Positions 13,519 to 23,711 of a stretch of DNA of 64,000 nt are shown here, piece by piece. Origin of the DNA: Leucoraja erinacea (lineage: Eukaryota); NCBI RefSeq assembly GCF_028641065.1, contig NC_073409.1, positions 7,998,001 to 8,062,000 of the forward strand, in the 5' to 3' direction. The position numbers were made by a program, and so were the translations under genes. The notes beneath the pieces were generated by a model that ran no database searches, was not told where the DNA came from, and saw only the letters and a program-made list of their open reading frames with translations. Positions within the stretch are counted from its first letter, which is position 1. Every line of letters begins with the position of its first letter.

Positions 13519-14077
13519 TCCCACTGACTCCATCTCCACTCCATGCTACCTTGAGAGAGCAGCCAACACAATGAAGGACCTCTAACAGCTCGGTCATTCC
13601 TGTTCCTTCCTTTCCAGTCGTGCAGAAGAAATTAAAGCTTGTACCATCAGTCTCAGGAAAATCCTCTTCCCTGCTATTATCAGGCCACTGATCTGACCTT
13701 TCTTAAGTTAAGAGTGGAGTCCAGAACTCCCAACCTACATCGACGCTGCCGTGCACTTGTTTTGTTCTGCAGTTCCTCTGTAGTTGCAATACTATATTAT
13801 GCATTCTGTTTTTCTCTTTGCATTACTTGTACTTGTGCAAGGATTAATTGTGCTCATACATGAAAATAATAAACCAATATCAATAACAAATCATTAACTC
13901 TACCAGACAGCGAGAGAAAGCAGAAGGTTAGCAGATTGTGGGTTTTTACTTCAAGTAGGCTGCAGTACAAGGGGAGAGGGTTACAGTTCAGTTGTGTAGG
14001 CTTTATCAGTCAACCCCTGGAGCCCATGTGTCTCTGTGTGAACTGTTTGGAAGATTGATGAAACGACTGATGAAACA

Positions 14078-15025
14078 TTTCTGTCTTGTCTTGAGGACAT
14101 TAAGTCCTGGATGGCCTTAAACTTTCTAGGACTTAACGAAAAAAAGACAGTAGTGATTTTGTTCGGCCCTAATGGCTGCCGTGAACCTCCCTCTGTTGAC
14201 TTGGGTCCACTTGCAGTGTTCGTAAAGCCAACAGTTTTAAACCTGGGTTTTATGATGGACGGTGATTTTAAATTAGATAAACAAATAGGCGCAGTGGTTA
14301 AGTCCAGCTACTTTCACCTAAGGAAGCTGGCAAAGGTGAAGCCCATTCTCGAGCGGCAGCATTTTGAAACATATATTTAATCTCGGCTGGATTACTGTAA
14401 CGCGCTCTACTCTGGAGTCTCACGAGCTTCGTTGGCTCGTCTCCAGTTGGTCCAAAATGCTGCCGCTCGCCTTTTAACCGGAACTCGAAAGAGGGAGCAC
14501 ATTACGCCAATTTTGGCCTCCCTTCACTGGCTCCCAGTGCACTTTCGAGTTAATTTTAAAATTATTTTATTTGTTTTTAAATCATTGAATGGCCTCGCCC
14601 CGCCTTACCTCTCTGAGCTGCTCCACCTATATGCTCCTACCCGGTGCCTCAGGTCAGCGGATCAGCTGCTCCTTGAGGTACCAAGGTTTAAGCGGAAGCT
14701 CAGAGGGGATAGAGCCTTTTCTGTTGCTGCCCCGGCACTCTGGATCACCTTGCCGCTGCAGATCAGACAGGCCCCTTCACTGTCCATCTTTAAATCCTCC
14801 CTAAAAACTCACTTTTATTCACTGGCTTTCGACACTGGCTGAGACATTGTTCCTGTTTTAGTGCTTTTAATGTCTTTTAATTTTTACTGTTTTTATAGTC
14901 CTGTCGTCTTAATGGTTTTAGTAGTTTGTAATAACTTTTTGTTGACTTCCCATGTACAGCACTTTGTGGTAACTGATGTTGTCTAAAAGCGCTTTATAAA
15001 TAAAGTTATTATTATTATTATTATT
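14078..15025 (+). mobile_element. 5'-truncated L2-clade LINE (ORF2 C-terminus, 3'UTR, (TTA)n tail)
   Basis: ORFs 14111-14380 and 14432-14842 encode LNEKKTVVILFG, SRLDYCNAL, RLQLVQNAAARLLT, HITPILASLHWLP, GDRAFSVAAPALW; then AATAAAG and (TTA)n at ~14999-15025. Confidence 0.92.
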
Positions 15026-18000
15026 GATTAAAGTGCTTGATTCAGTGTTTTTACTGAAACTAGACTGGGGGTAAGCTTAGAAATGAGCAATTATCTCTGG
15101 TTGCTCGATCATGATCTCAAAAGACCCCCAAACACTAGTTTGCAATCAAGCGTGTAGAGCTGTTTCGAACGCGGGTCCAGAAATCGGGCCCACACTGTGC
15201 AGGTTTCACATTTATTTCTGGCACCTCGTGAGTCGGAGCGGATCGATCATTCGCAGGCTTGGGAAAGGGTCATTAAAACAGAGTCTAGCAAGCACGGGGG
15301 AGTGGTTAACACGCCTTTGGGTTAGAGGCCCATAAAACCAGTCTAGGGTTAGAGGCCCTGATGGGGTTGGGTTAAAGGCCCGGTCCTTGGTTAGAGGCCT
15401 AAATTGGTCGTAGTTGGGCAGACTACAGCTGCCTTTAACGAGAACCTAGGTGAGGGGTGGCCAAAAGGTAGATCCTGGTATCCGAATTTGGTGGGGTATT
15501 AAAAACAGGTATTATCGTCGAATTGATCGCTGCCGGGAGCGTGAATTGAAAAGCTGCACTTCGAAAAACGGCATAATTCACAGCGCGAAGAGGCAAGGCG
15601 CTGGACCCTCAGTAATTAGCAGAGGGTGTGTCTGTGTGTAAGTTTCTGAGTCTCTCCCTGAAGTTTGGGACAAGGAGCTTCAAGAAGGTACCGAGCTTGG
15701 ATAAACTGGGTATAGATTAGCCGGAATACTCTAGTTTGTTCAAGAAAATTTAATTGGGCAATTTTAACTGATTCGAGAGCCCACATAGTAATAAAAATTA
15801 GGCGATCGAGTTCTGGTTCAAGTGTTCTAAATTTCCAGCGAAATTTCCAAATACTGGATTTCAAATTGAAGTTCTGCATAAGGTGGGATTTGAATTCCTG
15901 CATATAGAACTTCGATGTTGGTGCATGTCCGTGATCGATTCCGAATAGCGGCTGATCAACAGTGAGTAGTAACCCTCTGGTCGATTGTTGATTAGTACCT
16001 GATAGCGAAGAGTACCTGTGAGACGGGATCCTCCCTACTTGAGGAAAAGTAATCCGAATAGCGAGGCACCCCTAATTCCTTAAAACTTAGAGAGGAGGGA
16101 TAGAGGTCCCCCAATAGAAGTCCAGTCTTAGCAGAGGGATAGTAACATTCGGGAGGAAAAGTAATCATTTAAGGGAATAGTACCCCTCAGCAAAGAGTAA
16201 GTTAGGAAGGGAAAAATCTTCGGTATCAGAGGGAGAGGCTCACTGCGTGATACCAGCATGGCGCGGCGTCGAGATCGAGTGTTCGTGAATTGTGCACTAG
16301 TGCTTTAAATAATTTTGTAAATTGTAAAAATAGCTTTCTGTATTGTTATCCGGATTTTGTAAATATATTCTGTATGTAAATACATTTAGCGTAATTAAAA
16401 GTTAAGATTTAGAACGTGTTTAATAGTCCACGGACTATTGTGTTGCTGCTTGTGCGAGTGTGTACATATTTAAAACTTGAAGCGAGAGTGTGTTTAATTT
16501 AGATATTCGTATTTGTTTAAGATTGTTTTGTAAATCCGAATCGGGGTGGTTTGATCAGGGGTTGTATTCCTTCGATTGCTGCGTCGGGGAGAGGAGTCAT
16601 CTCGCTAATAGATTGCGCCACGTGGAGGGTTGATTAAAGTGGGGTTTACTGTATGATTATAGTTTATATTGGGGTGTGTTTTGGGCTGTTGATAATTGGG
16701 GGTATATTTTCATTCTTAGTTATAGTCTTGTTGGCGTGGTTTGAGTTTATCTGTTTGTGCCACCTTAAATTTAATGAAAGAAAGAGACTGCTATGTGAGA
16801 AGCTGCTGCGTGAGAGACTGTGAGTGGAAGTTAGACCCTTTGTTTAAAATTTGGAATTGAATGCAGCGATTGTGATTTAACCGATAAGAGAGTTGGGAGA
16901 GACTGAATAGGAGCTAGTGGTTTGAATAATTAAACAGGAGTGATTGGGAGATAGTCTGGAGCGGGTGTGAATCGGAAAGATCGTTACCCATTTTGAAAGA
17001 GAGATTCCATTGGAGTCTGGGAGAAGTAGTGGGAGAAAGAGGTGTTAGTCACTGGAACCTTTATTTTGCAATTTGTGTTTTGTCCATTGTTCCAAGATGG
17101 GGAATGTCTCTGAGAAGGATCGATCAAACAGATTGGACAGCCCGATAAGGATAATTTGCAGGGAGCTTCCAAATGAAGGGGATAGACTGAGGGTATTATG
17201 GGGGAAATTAAATGAACTTTTAAAAGATCAACTTTGATCTTTGGGTGGAGTAAAGTCTTTGATCGGGATAAACTATGTAGAATCATTACAGATTATGGGA
17301 ATAGTGAAGAAGCAAACAAGTTAATTCAGATGTGGAAAGCATTCTTCACTAGGAGAAAAATAAAGAAATAAATTGTTTTAATGTCCACCCTAAGAATGGC
17401 GGCTTGTAAATTGGGGATAGGAGAAGGTAATATACCTGATCCTTCTCAGGACATTTCAGAGTGGGGACAAGGGAAATTAATAAGCCAACAGCAAAAGCAG
17501 GAGCAGGAGAGTGTCATCTTTCAAAAAGGAGACTGCTGAGACGGCTCTTAAAGGGAAATTGCCAACGGAAATTAAATCGGGTAAATATGAGAAAGGGTTC
17601 GCACCCCTGAAGGGAATAATATGCCAAACTGGGCAGAGTTTTTCGGAGTAGATATAGAGCCACAGTGCCCACCAGAAAACTCCCATGTTCCTAAATCAGA
17701 GGAACCATGCGCAGTTTGCGAGCGGGACACACGGGAGGGGTCAACGTTAACTTCGGCTCCTCCAATCTAACACCGAAACATCGGGCAGAGAGTTGAATTA
17801 AAATTGGGATTAAAAATTGGAATTGGAATATAATTGGACATGGTCAAAAGAGGAACTGTGAGCAACAGGACTTCCCTTTAAGAGACCGGATTAAGAAATC
17901 ATTCAGGGGTTGAGAACTATAAGTGTGAGAACCACTAGACAACAAAGCCAATAGAATAAATGTGAGAACCCCTAGGCAGAGAACAAAGCCAACATGGTAA

Positions 18001-19320
18001 AAGCATAATAAGAGCTAATAGAATAAAGAACCAACATAGTGGAGAATTAGCATAGTATCCAGTCACATAAACAAGAGAAAAATGGAGAACAGACTTGGTT
18101 AACTATAGGGAGAAACTTGAACTGTATTGGGAATAGCAGAGCCGATGTGTATTCACCTGATGGATTTGAATTGTTTGCCTTTGATGGTAATGAGGCTTAT
18201 ATTGTCAAGGTGAAAAGAAATTGCCCCTGGATTTGGCATTCTTGATTAGATTTAGGATGAAATTAACAGTAAGAGAAATTGATTGTTTAAATTTGAACAG
18301 CTGGGAATTCCACAGGAATTGGATTATCGGCTACAATGCTGTGGAATGAAGAAGAAATGGGCATTGAAATTCGGAATAGTAATTGAAGGATAAGACTGAA
18401 TTTGGTTAAGTTGGAACATTTATCATGGTTTGCATCAAATTAAAGTCACGCCTTTAGGGGAATCTGGACTCAACCCAGCTGAAATGTATATGATTTCCTG
18501 TCACCAGATATACATAGTAACATGGTGTGAGGACGAAGGAGATTTAGTGTTGATCCTAGAATAATAACAAATGTATTAGGGAATAGAATAGGAGTAGGGA
18601 TATAGGGAAACAGGACAATATGATCGGTTCAATACGTAATAGAATAGAGCTTGGTTCAAGTGAAATAGAAATAGCAAATGTGTGTGAAAGCATGAGTGCA
18701 TAATGGTAACTTGCTTTGTCCCAAGCTTCTTAGGATTTTACTAGGGTTTATGTTTGACTGTGGAAGGTGATGGAAGGCTGGGCAGGAACACAGATGGAGG
18801 GAATTCACGTCCACGAAAACTCGGGAGGTGAAGACTCCTCAGACAGGACTTGTGAAGTCATGCCCATGAAAATTCAGGACGCTTTACAACAAGAAACAAC
18901 ATCATCTTGTGTTATTGATGGATGGGAAATGTAAAGTACACTTATGTATATCTGTATGTATATTGTCATGAACATTGTATGTATATCTGGTTAGCTGATT
19001 ACTGAGCCACTTCGGTTATCATTTATGATGGGTTAACAAAATGATAAAAGGAAGGGATGTCAATCCTGGCTAAATTGGACCAGCTAGGACTCCAACATGG
19101 GGTTAAGTTTCAGGGTTGCTGAGAAATGTGGTCAAATTGGAATGGGAATTGCTCTCTGCATGGCTGGGACAGGCTGCGACGGGTGCCAGGGAGTCTGGAA
19201 CGAAGATACAATTTGCCAGCAAAGAATGGGAAGCCTTACAAACCCTGTCAATCTGGTGCTAAATGCATTAAATGGATTGGATGACTGCAAACCAGACAAA
19301 CACCTTGTAAATAATGATGC
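15026..19320 (+). mobile_element. Degenerate, apparently pol-less LTR retroelement / endogenous retrovirus-like sequence
   Basis: ATTAAA plus U5-like segment ending ..TTTCACA (15210); PBS-like TGGCACCTCGTGAGTCGGA (15219-15237); long leader; decayed Gag-MA-like frame from ATG 17097 (MGNVSEKDRSNRLDSPIRIIC...KDQL*SLGG); purine tract AAAAGGAAGGGA (19046-19057) followed by TGT. No paired LTRs seen. The 5' LTR may extend to ~13890, upstream of the L2 insertion. Confidence 0.55.
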
Positions 19321-19321
19321 A

Positions 19322-20004
19322 GAGATATGTGCCGTGATGGACTGTGCTGGAATCTGGTGGCACATGCGTTCAAGTGGTTACACACACTCACTGAAGCCTC
19401 ACTGGATCAGGCACTCACAGCTGCCTTGTGAGAGCTGTATAACTGAGCCTGGAAAAAAAATAGACATTTTCCAAAGAGGCTTTTATCAAATATTTCTTAA
19501 TGATTGGATGATAGCCGGCCCCAACAAGTTCACACATTGTGTGTCGGTTTATTAGTTTGACATTGACTGATAACCATTGGTAGTCCTCCTCTCAGGAATT
19601 AGGCAGGTCAATTTGTATTATTGATTGATCCCATTTATGCAGTCTTTGAAAATGTAGAGTTTACAGGAAAATGCTGTCCAAGAAATCAAAGGGGAAATCA
19701 ATCCAATTATATTTGCTGTCGTTGTCAGTGAAGGTGATTTAGTTCCCATTTTGCAGAAACAAGCAGAAACAAGTGAGCCCACTGGTTAACATTGTCCCAA
19801 TTAATCTCCTACAGAACATTTGCATGTCACTATGGTTAACTTAGTCAAGTCCTGGCAGCAGCAGAGACCAAGGATATTGTCAATATCTTCATACCCATCC
19901 ACTGCCTGAGTAGTGCATCCTCACGGATCCAATGACCTGGCTTTGATCGTGACCTCCAGAATTGTCTATGTGGAGTTTGCACAGTCTCCTTGTGATGGAG
20001 TGGA
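19322..20004 (-). repeat. Right arm of the inverted duplication (MTHFS 3'UTR/3' flank)
   Basis: Reverse-complement match to 10742-11258 plus 12767-12925; lies about 160 bp past the MTHFS stop codon. Confidence 0.93.
19548..19553 (-). terminator. Candidate distal MTHFS polyadenylation signal (AATAAA); a proximal candidate lies at 20116-20121
   Basis: TTTATT on the plus strand, downstream of the MTHFS stop. Confidence 0.4.
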
Positions 20005-20166
20005 GTAATTGTTGTCATCAATGTTCTTCACCACTGATTAGCAGAAAGTCAAATTAAATGATTTTCCTCTTCATAAATGATTATTCTTTTCAGCGTTCAT
20101 GGATAATTGCTGTCCTTTATTTAGAATGATCTTTCTGTCCAATTCACCAGGATCCAATGAGCTCAT

Positions 20167-20390
20167 CTACGATGTCTCATACAATACTTCATCAATTGGC
20201 TTATCGCTTTCAGTCACAGGCACCAGATCACATATCTGCTCCTTGAAGGCCACGGCAATTGTGTAGGGTTTGCCCTTTGGATGCTTAAGACAACGCTCCA
20301 GGTAAGTGTCATAGTAACCCTTCCCTCTTCCCAATCTGTTGCCATGTTTGTCGAACCCCAGTCCAGGCATCAGGATCAGATCAAGGCCTC
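20167..20390 (-). CDS. MTHFS: 5-formyltetrahydrofolate cyclo-ligase (methenyltetrahydrofolate synthetase), exon 3 (last)
   Basis: [34 protein letters not shown]...DEVLYETS* contains the ATP-binding [10 protein letters not shown] motif. Acceptor TTTCAAACAG; phase 1 matches exon 2. Confidence 0.97.
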
Positions 20391-21608
20391 CTGTTTGAAA
20401 GAGCAAGAATATTGTTGAAAGAGAAAGAATATCAAGTACATAACCATATGAAGGTTAAAAAAAAAACACCGAACTACATGTCAGAAGAGAGTGTCCAGCT
20501 GAGGAACTTGAACAAACAAACCCCTGTCTTTCTTTTTTCATTTGTTGCATGGGTTGATATCAAATACTTTTGTACTACATCTGTGTGACTTTTACTGAAT
20601 CCAAAAGAATAGGAGGTTTAAGACAGTAATATAAATATTAAGTCTTGTTTAATAAAGCTGTTGTGAAATATTTCAGAAGTTGTTTAAAGTTAAGAATAAC
20701 AAAAGTTTTTACAGTTGCCCTCAAATAAATTCCTTTCACCATGATGATGACCTGGAAGCATTTAATGGGACCTTGTCTTCTATTCTTAAAGTAAGAAACT
20801 GCAGATACTGTAAAGCTGCAATAAAAACAGATTTTCAGGCCAATACAAGCTTTTCTAAGGCAAGCAAGATGTGAGATTATTATTGGTTCTAGAAAACATG
20901 AAGCTAAAAAAGTATTCAAGAAAAATATCTTGGAATTTTTCATGATCTCAAGATGTTTAACAGTACGTCATACTTCATGAAACACATTATTATAAGAATA
21001 AAGATCAAGGGAACATCAAGTTTACTATTAACAAAATTGTGGAAATAACATTTTAATCTACTTTAATGTACTTCATTGTTTCATTATTTTCTTAACAGTT
21101 GCTTACTTGCGTTCAGAGATAGATTTCTGGATATTAAGGGATATTGGCATAATGCAGGAGAAAGATCAATCATTATTTTGAATGTAGAGCAGGATTGAAA
21201 GCCCAAATGGTTTACGCCTGGCTCTGTTTGTGATATAACAGAAGAAACAAGTCAGATGTGGTCAGAAAAGCAAAGACTACAGAGGTACCAACAAAAATTA
21301 TTCCAAGAACTGGAAGCTGGGACTCGGGATTAAGATGCGAGGATTGTTTTGTTTGTGCATGTGTGAAGTGACAACAACACCATTCTTCACAGATGCCCGT
21401 AATGGCCCTCGTTTTGTTCAGGGCAGTGCCTCGAGTTGGCAAACTCAGAAACCTGTTCATAAACATTTAGGGATGATTCATCAGCAAGAATGGTACTGAC
21501 TCTGGGTTTGCTACTTTGGAAGCTGGATTTACGACACATTTGGAGGAAGCACAATATTATCATCAAATCTCATTTGGTGATGCTTCAAATGTGTGAAACA
21601 GAAGGAGT

Positions 21609-21614
21609 TATAAT
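21609..21614 (+). promoter_or_regulatory. Possible TATA-like element of the nested C1q-domain gene
   Basis: TATAAT about 75 bp upstream of the predicted ATG (21685); positional inference only. Confidence 0.3.
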
Positions 21615-21684
21615 CCACACGACCTGAAGACCAAACACATTGGCTGAAAAAGAAGTTGGAGAGCAGAAAGCTGCTCTGATCAAA

Positions 21685-21687
21685 ATG
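21685..21687 (+). CDS. Nested C1q-domain gene, coding exon 1 (ATG only)
   Basis: CAAAATG|GTACGT has A at -3 and a good donor; a 79-bp intron leads to TTTTATTTTATTTCAG; phase 0. Confidence 0.65.
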
Positions 21688-21766
21688 GTACGTGAAGTTG
21701 CATTGGCAATGTTTAACAAATGTGGTTATTTTTGCTCAAGTGAAAGGATGTTTTATTTTATTTCAG

Positions 21767-21844
21767 AAAAACCTGCTGTATTTGATCCTCTTTTACTGTA
21801 TCTATCAATCGAGCACTTTGGACGATGATCTGGAATATTTTCTG
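21767..21844 (+). CDS. Nested C1q-domain gene, exon 2 (signal peptide)
   Basis: KNLLYLILFYCIYQSSTLDDDLEYFL has basic-hydrophobic-small residue organisation; acceptor TTTCAG, donor CTG|GTAAGG; 78 bp, phase 0-0. Confidence 0.8.
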
Positions 21845-22584
21845 GTAAGGATAGAAAATTAATTATATGTATTTTCTAATACTCCATTTGAATGACACCA
21901 GTTATTTCTTTCTCTGTCTTCTCCCCTTACGGTCACAATATTCCAGTTCATTTTGCACTCTTTCCCTTCATCTCTCTGTTCCTGTTATTCTTTGATTGTC
22001 CAATTATTTATCTTTGCTCTGATATCACCATTCTGTATCTGATTAGTTTGCTTCATGATCTTTTACTGTTTCTTCCCATCCTTTCTCTTGCCTTGCATCT
22101 GTTCCTATGCTCCTTCTCTCCATCTACATTCTCCTTTTGTGCATTACTGCAACTCTTTCTTCCTCTCTCACTCTCTTTTTATCTATACATCTTATTTCAC
22201 CCTCTAACCCCCCCACCAATCCTATCCTTGTTCATTGACTGTGATCCCCAACATCTTCCATTTAAGTTATCATTCTATTATTTGAATATCTTCATGGTCG
22301 TGTCTCTTCCAGTTCACATAATTTCCTCTGCAATATACGTTTTACATAAACCATCACAGAAGCCAAATATATCTTGTGTTAAACTTTCAAAAGTAATTTT
22401 GCATTGTACGGTTTAAAGTGTTAAGATCTTCCAAAATGACTTTTGGCACAAAAAAAAACACACACTATTAGCTATTGGGGATTAATCAATCAATTAATTA
22501 ATTAATTGTTTGATTGATTGCTGCTTTATGAATGAATGGCCCGAACAATTGATGAGTTTTCTTCCAATTATTTGAATGGTTCAG

Positions 22585-22672
22585 AAAACACCTGATGAAG
22601 AAATGGATGTGAAACCACTGCACCAGGCTCAAATGCCAAATCCCAAAATGGGAAATGATAATACGTGTGGAG
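22585..22672 (+). CDS. Nested C1q-domain gene, exon 3 (linker)
   Basis: KTPDEEMDVKPLHQAQMPNPKMGNDNTCG+G; acceptor TTCAG, consensus donor GAG|GTGAGT; 88 bp, phase 0-1, which exactly bridges exons 2 and 4. Confidence 0.78.
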
Positions 22673-23313
22673 GTGAGTTCTTTCGCAAAAAAAAGTTGTG
22701 GGTATAACGAATTGTTGCTTGCCATGATGGCCACGTAATTCAACCATGAGTTGATTCATGAGTTAATAAAAAATATTCATCTCGTGTCAAAAATAATAAT
22801 AACTAATTCCAGGTAGGAATGGGAGGAAATCCATTCCATTCCACTTTCTAACTGGTGGCCGTTGGCCCAACTCCAGATGATAAATTAATGAATAAGTTTA
22901 TTGGCCAAGTATTCACATACAAGGAATTTGCCTTGGTGCTCCCCCCGCAAGTGACAACATGACATACAGTGACAGTTAGGAACAACACATAAAACATTAT
23001 CAATTAAACATGTGAATTAAACGCTGCCCGGGCCATTGACTCTATAAAAGCTGCCTATTTTTATTTTTCTCTCAGTATTCAACTGCCTTCCCTTTGAATA
23101 ACCCACAACTCCCTATAATTAAATGCTCTAGAATGTGATTTGCACTTTTCCATTTCCAATCCAAGAGTCAATTGCCTCAAATTGTTTGAATTTTGTTTGC
23201 TTATATACAAGGTGGATTGTGCTCTACACTTTAATCTTTACATCATCAATAAGGAGAGACAATAAAAGTAGTCATATTGCCATTAGGTTCAATCTACAAT
23301 TTTACTTTCACAG

Positions 23314-23711
23314 GCAACAACGTGAGTTTTGATGCAGAGCGAACCTCATATGAACATGTGATAGGGACCAACGTGACCATTATTTTTGATAAGCTTAATC
23401 TCAATACAACCAAAGATTACAACCCCACCACTGGGATATTCATATGCCAAGTTCCTGGTATATACTTCTTCAGTTTTTCTTCTCTGCCAAAGAGAGGGGT
23501 TCATACTGACGTGGTCCTGATGAAGAATGAGACAAAAATCAGTAACATCCACAGTGTGCTGTCTGCTGGTACCAGCCAGCTCGCTGTCAAGAATGCCATA
23601 TTGAAACTCGAAAAGTTCGAATCTGTGTGGGTCCGGCTTGAACGTGGAGAACTCTGGAGCCGGGATGGATCAATCAGCTTCCAGGGATTTCTCATATATG
23701 GTTCAGCCTAA
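23314..23711 (+). CDS. Nested C1q-domain gene, exon 4: globular C1q domain (C1qDC / cerebellin-like)
   Basis: Acceptor TTTACTTTCACAG, phase 1. VSFDA...TIIFDKLNLN...YNPTTGIFICQVPGIYFFSF...VVLMKN...AILKLEKFESVWVRL...SFQGFLIY* reproduces the gC1q signature motifs. Open frame with a normal stop. Confidence 0.93.

Noticed and set aside
12986-13585. 199-aa ORF with poly-Pro
   Set aside because: Antisense CR1 tail plus a Rex1 remnant plus a poly-C homopolymer; no splice or domain support.
19097-19555. 152-aa ORF
   Set aside because: Spans the junction of the LTR-like segment and the duplicated arm; no recognisable domain, and the paralogous arm has indels and an insertion.
10742-20004. Inverted arms read as terminal inverted repeats of one 9.3-kb DNA transposon (e.g. 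Polinton)
   Set aside because: No TSD at the outer ends and no transposase, integrase or polB inside. One arm is the MTHFS 3' flank and begins in a SINE fragment.
21892-22416. 174-aa hydrophobic ORF
   Set aside because: Product of a CT-rich tract in intron 2 of the nested C1q gene.
23277-23313. ORF-track N-terminus (MPLGSIYNFTFT) of the C1q ORF
   Set aside because: Starts at TTG and overlaps the polypyrimidine tract and acceptor; it is intronic, and upstream exons supply the real N-terminus.
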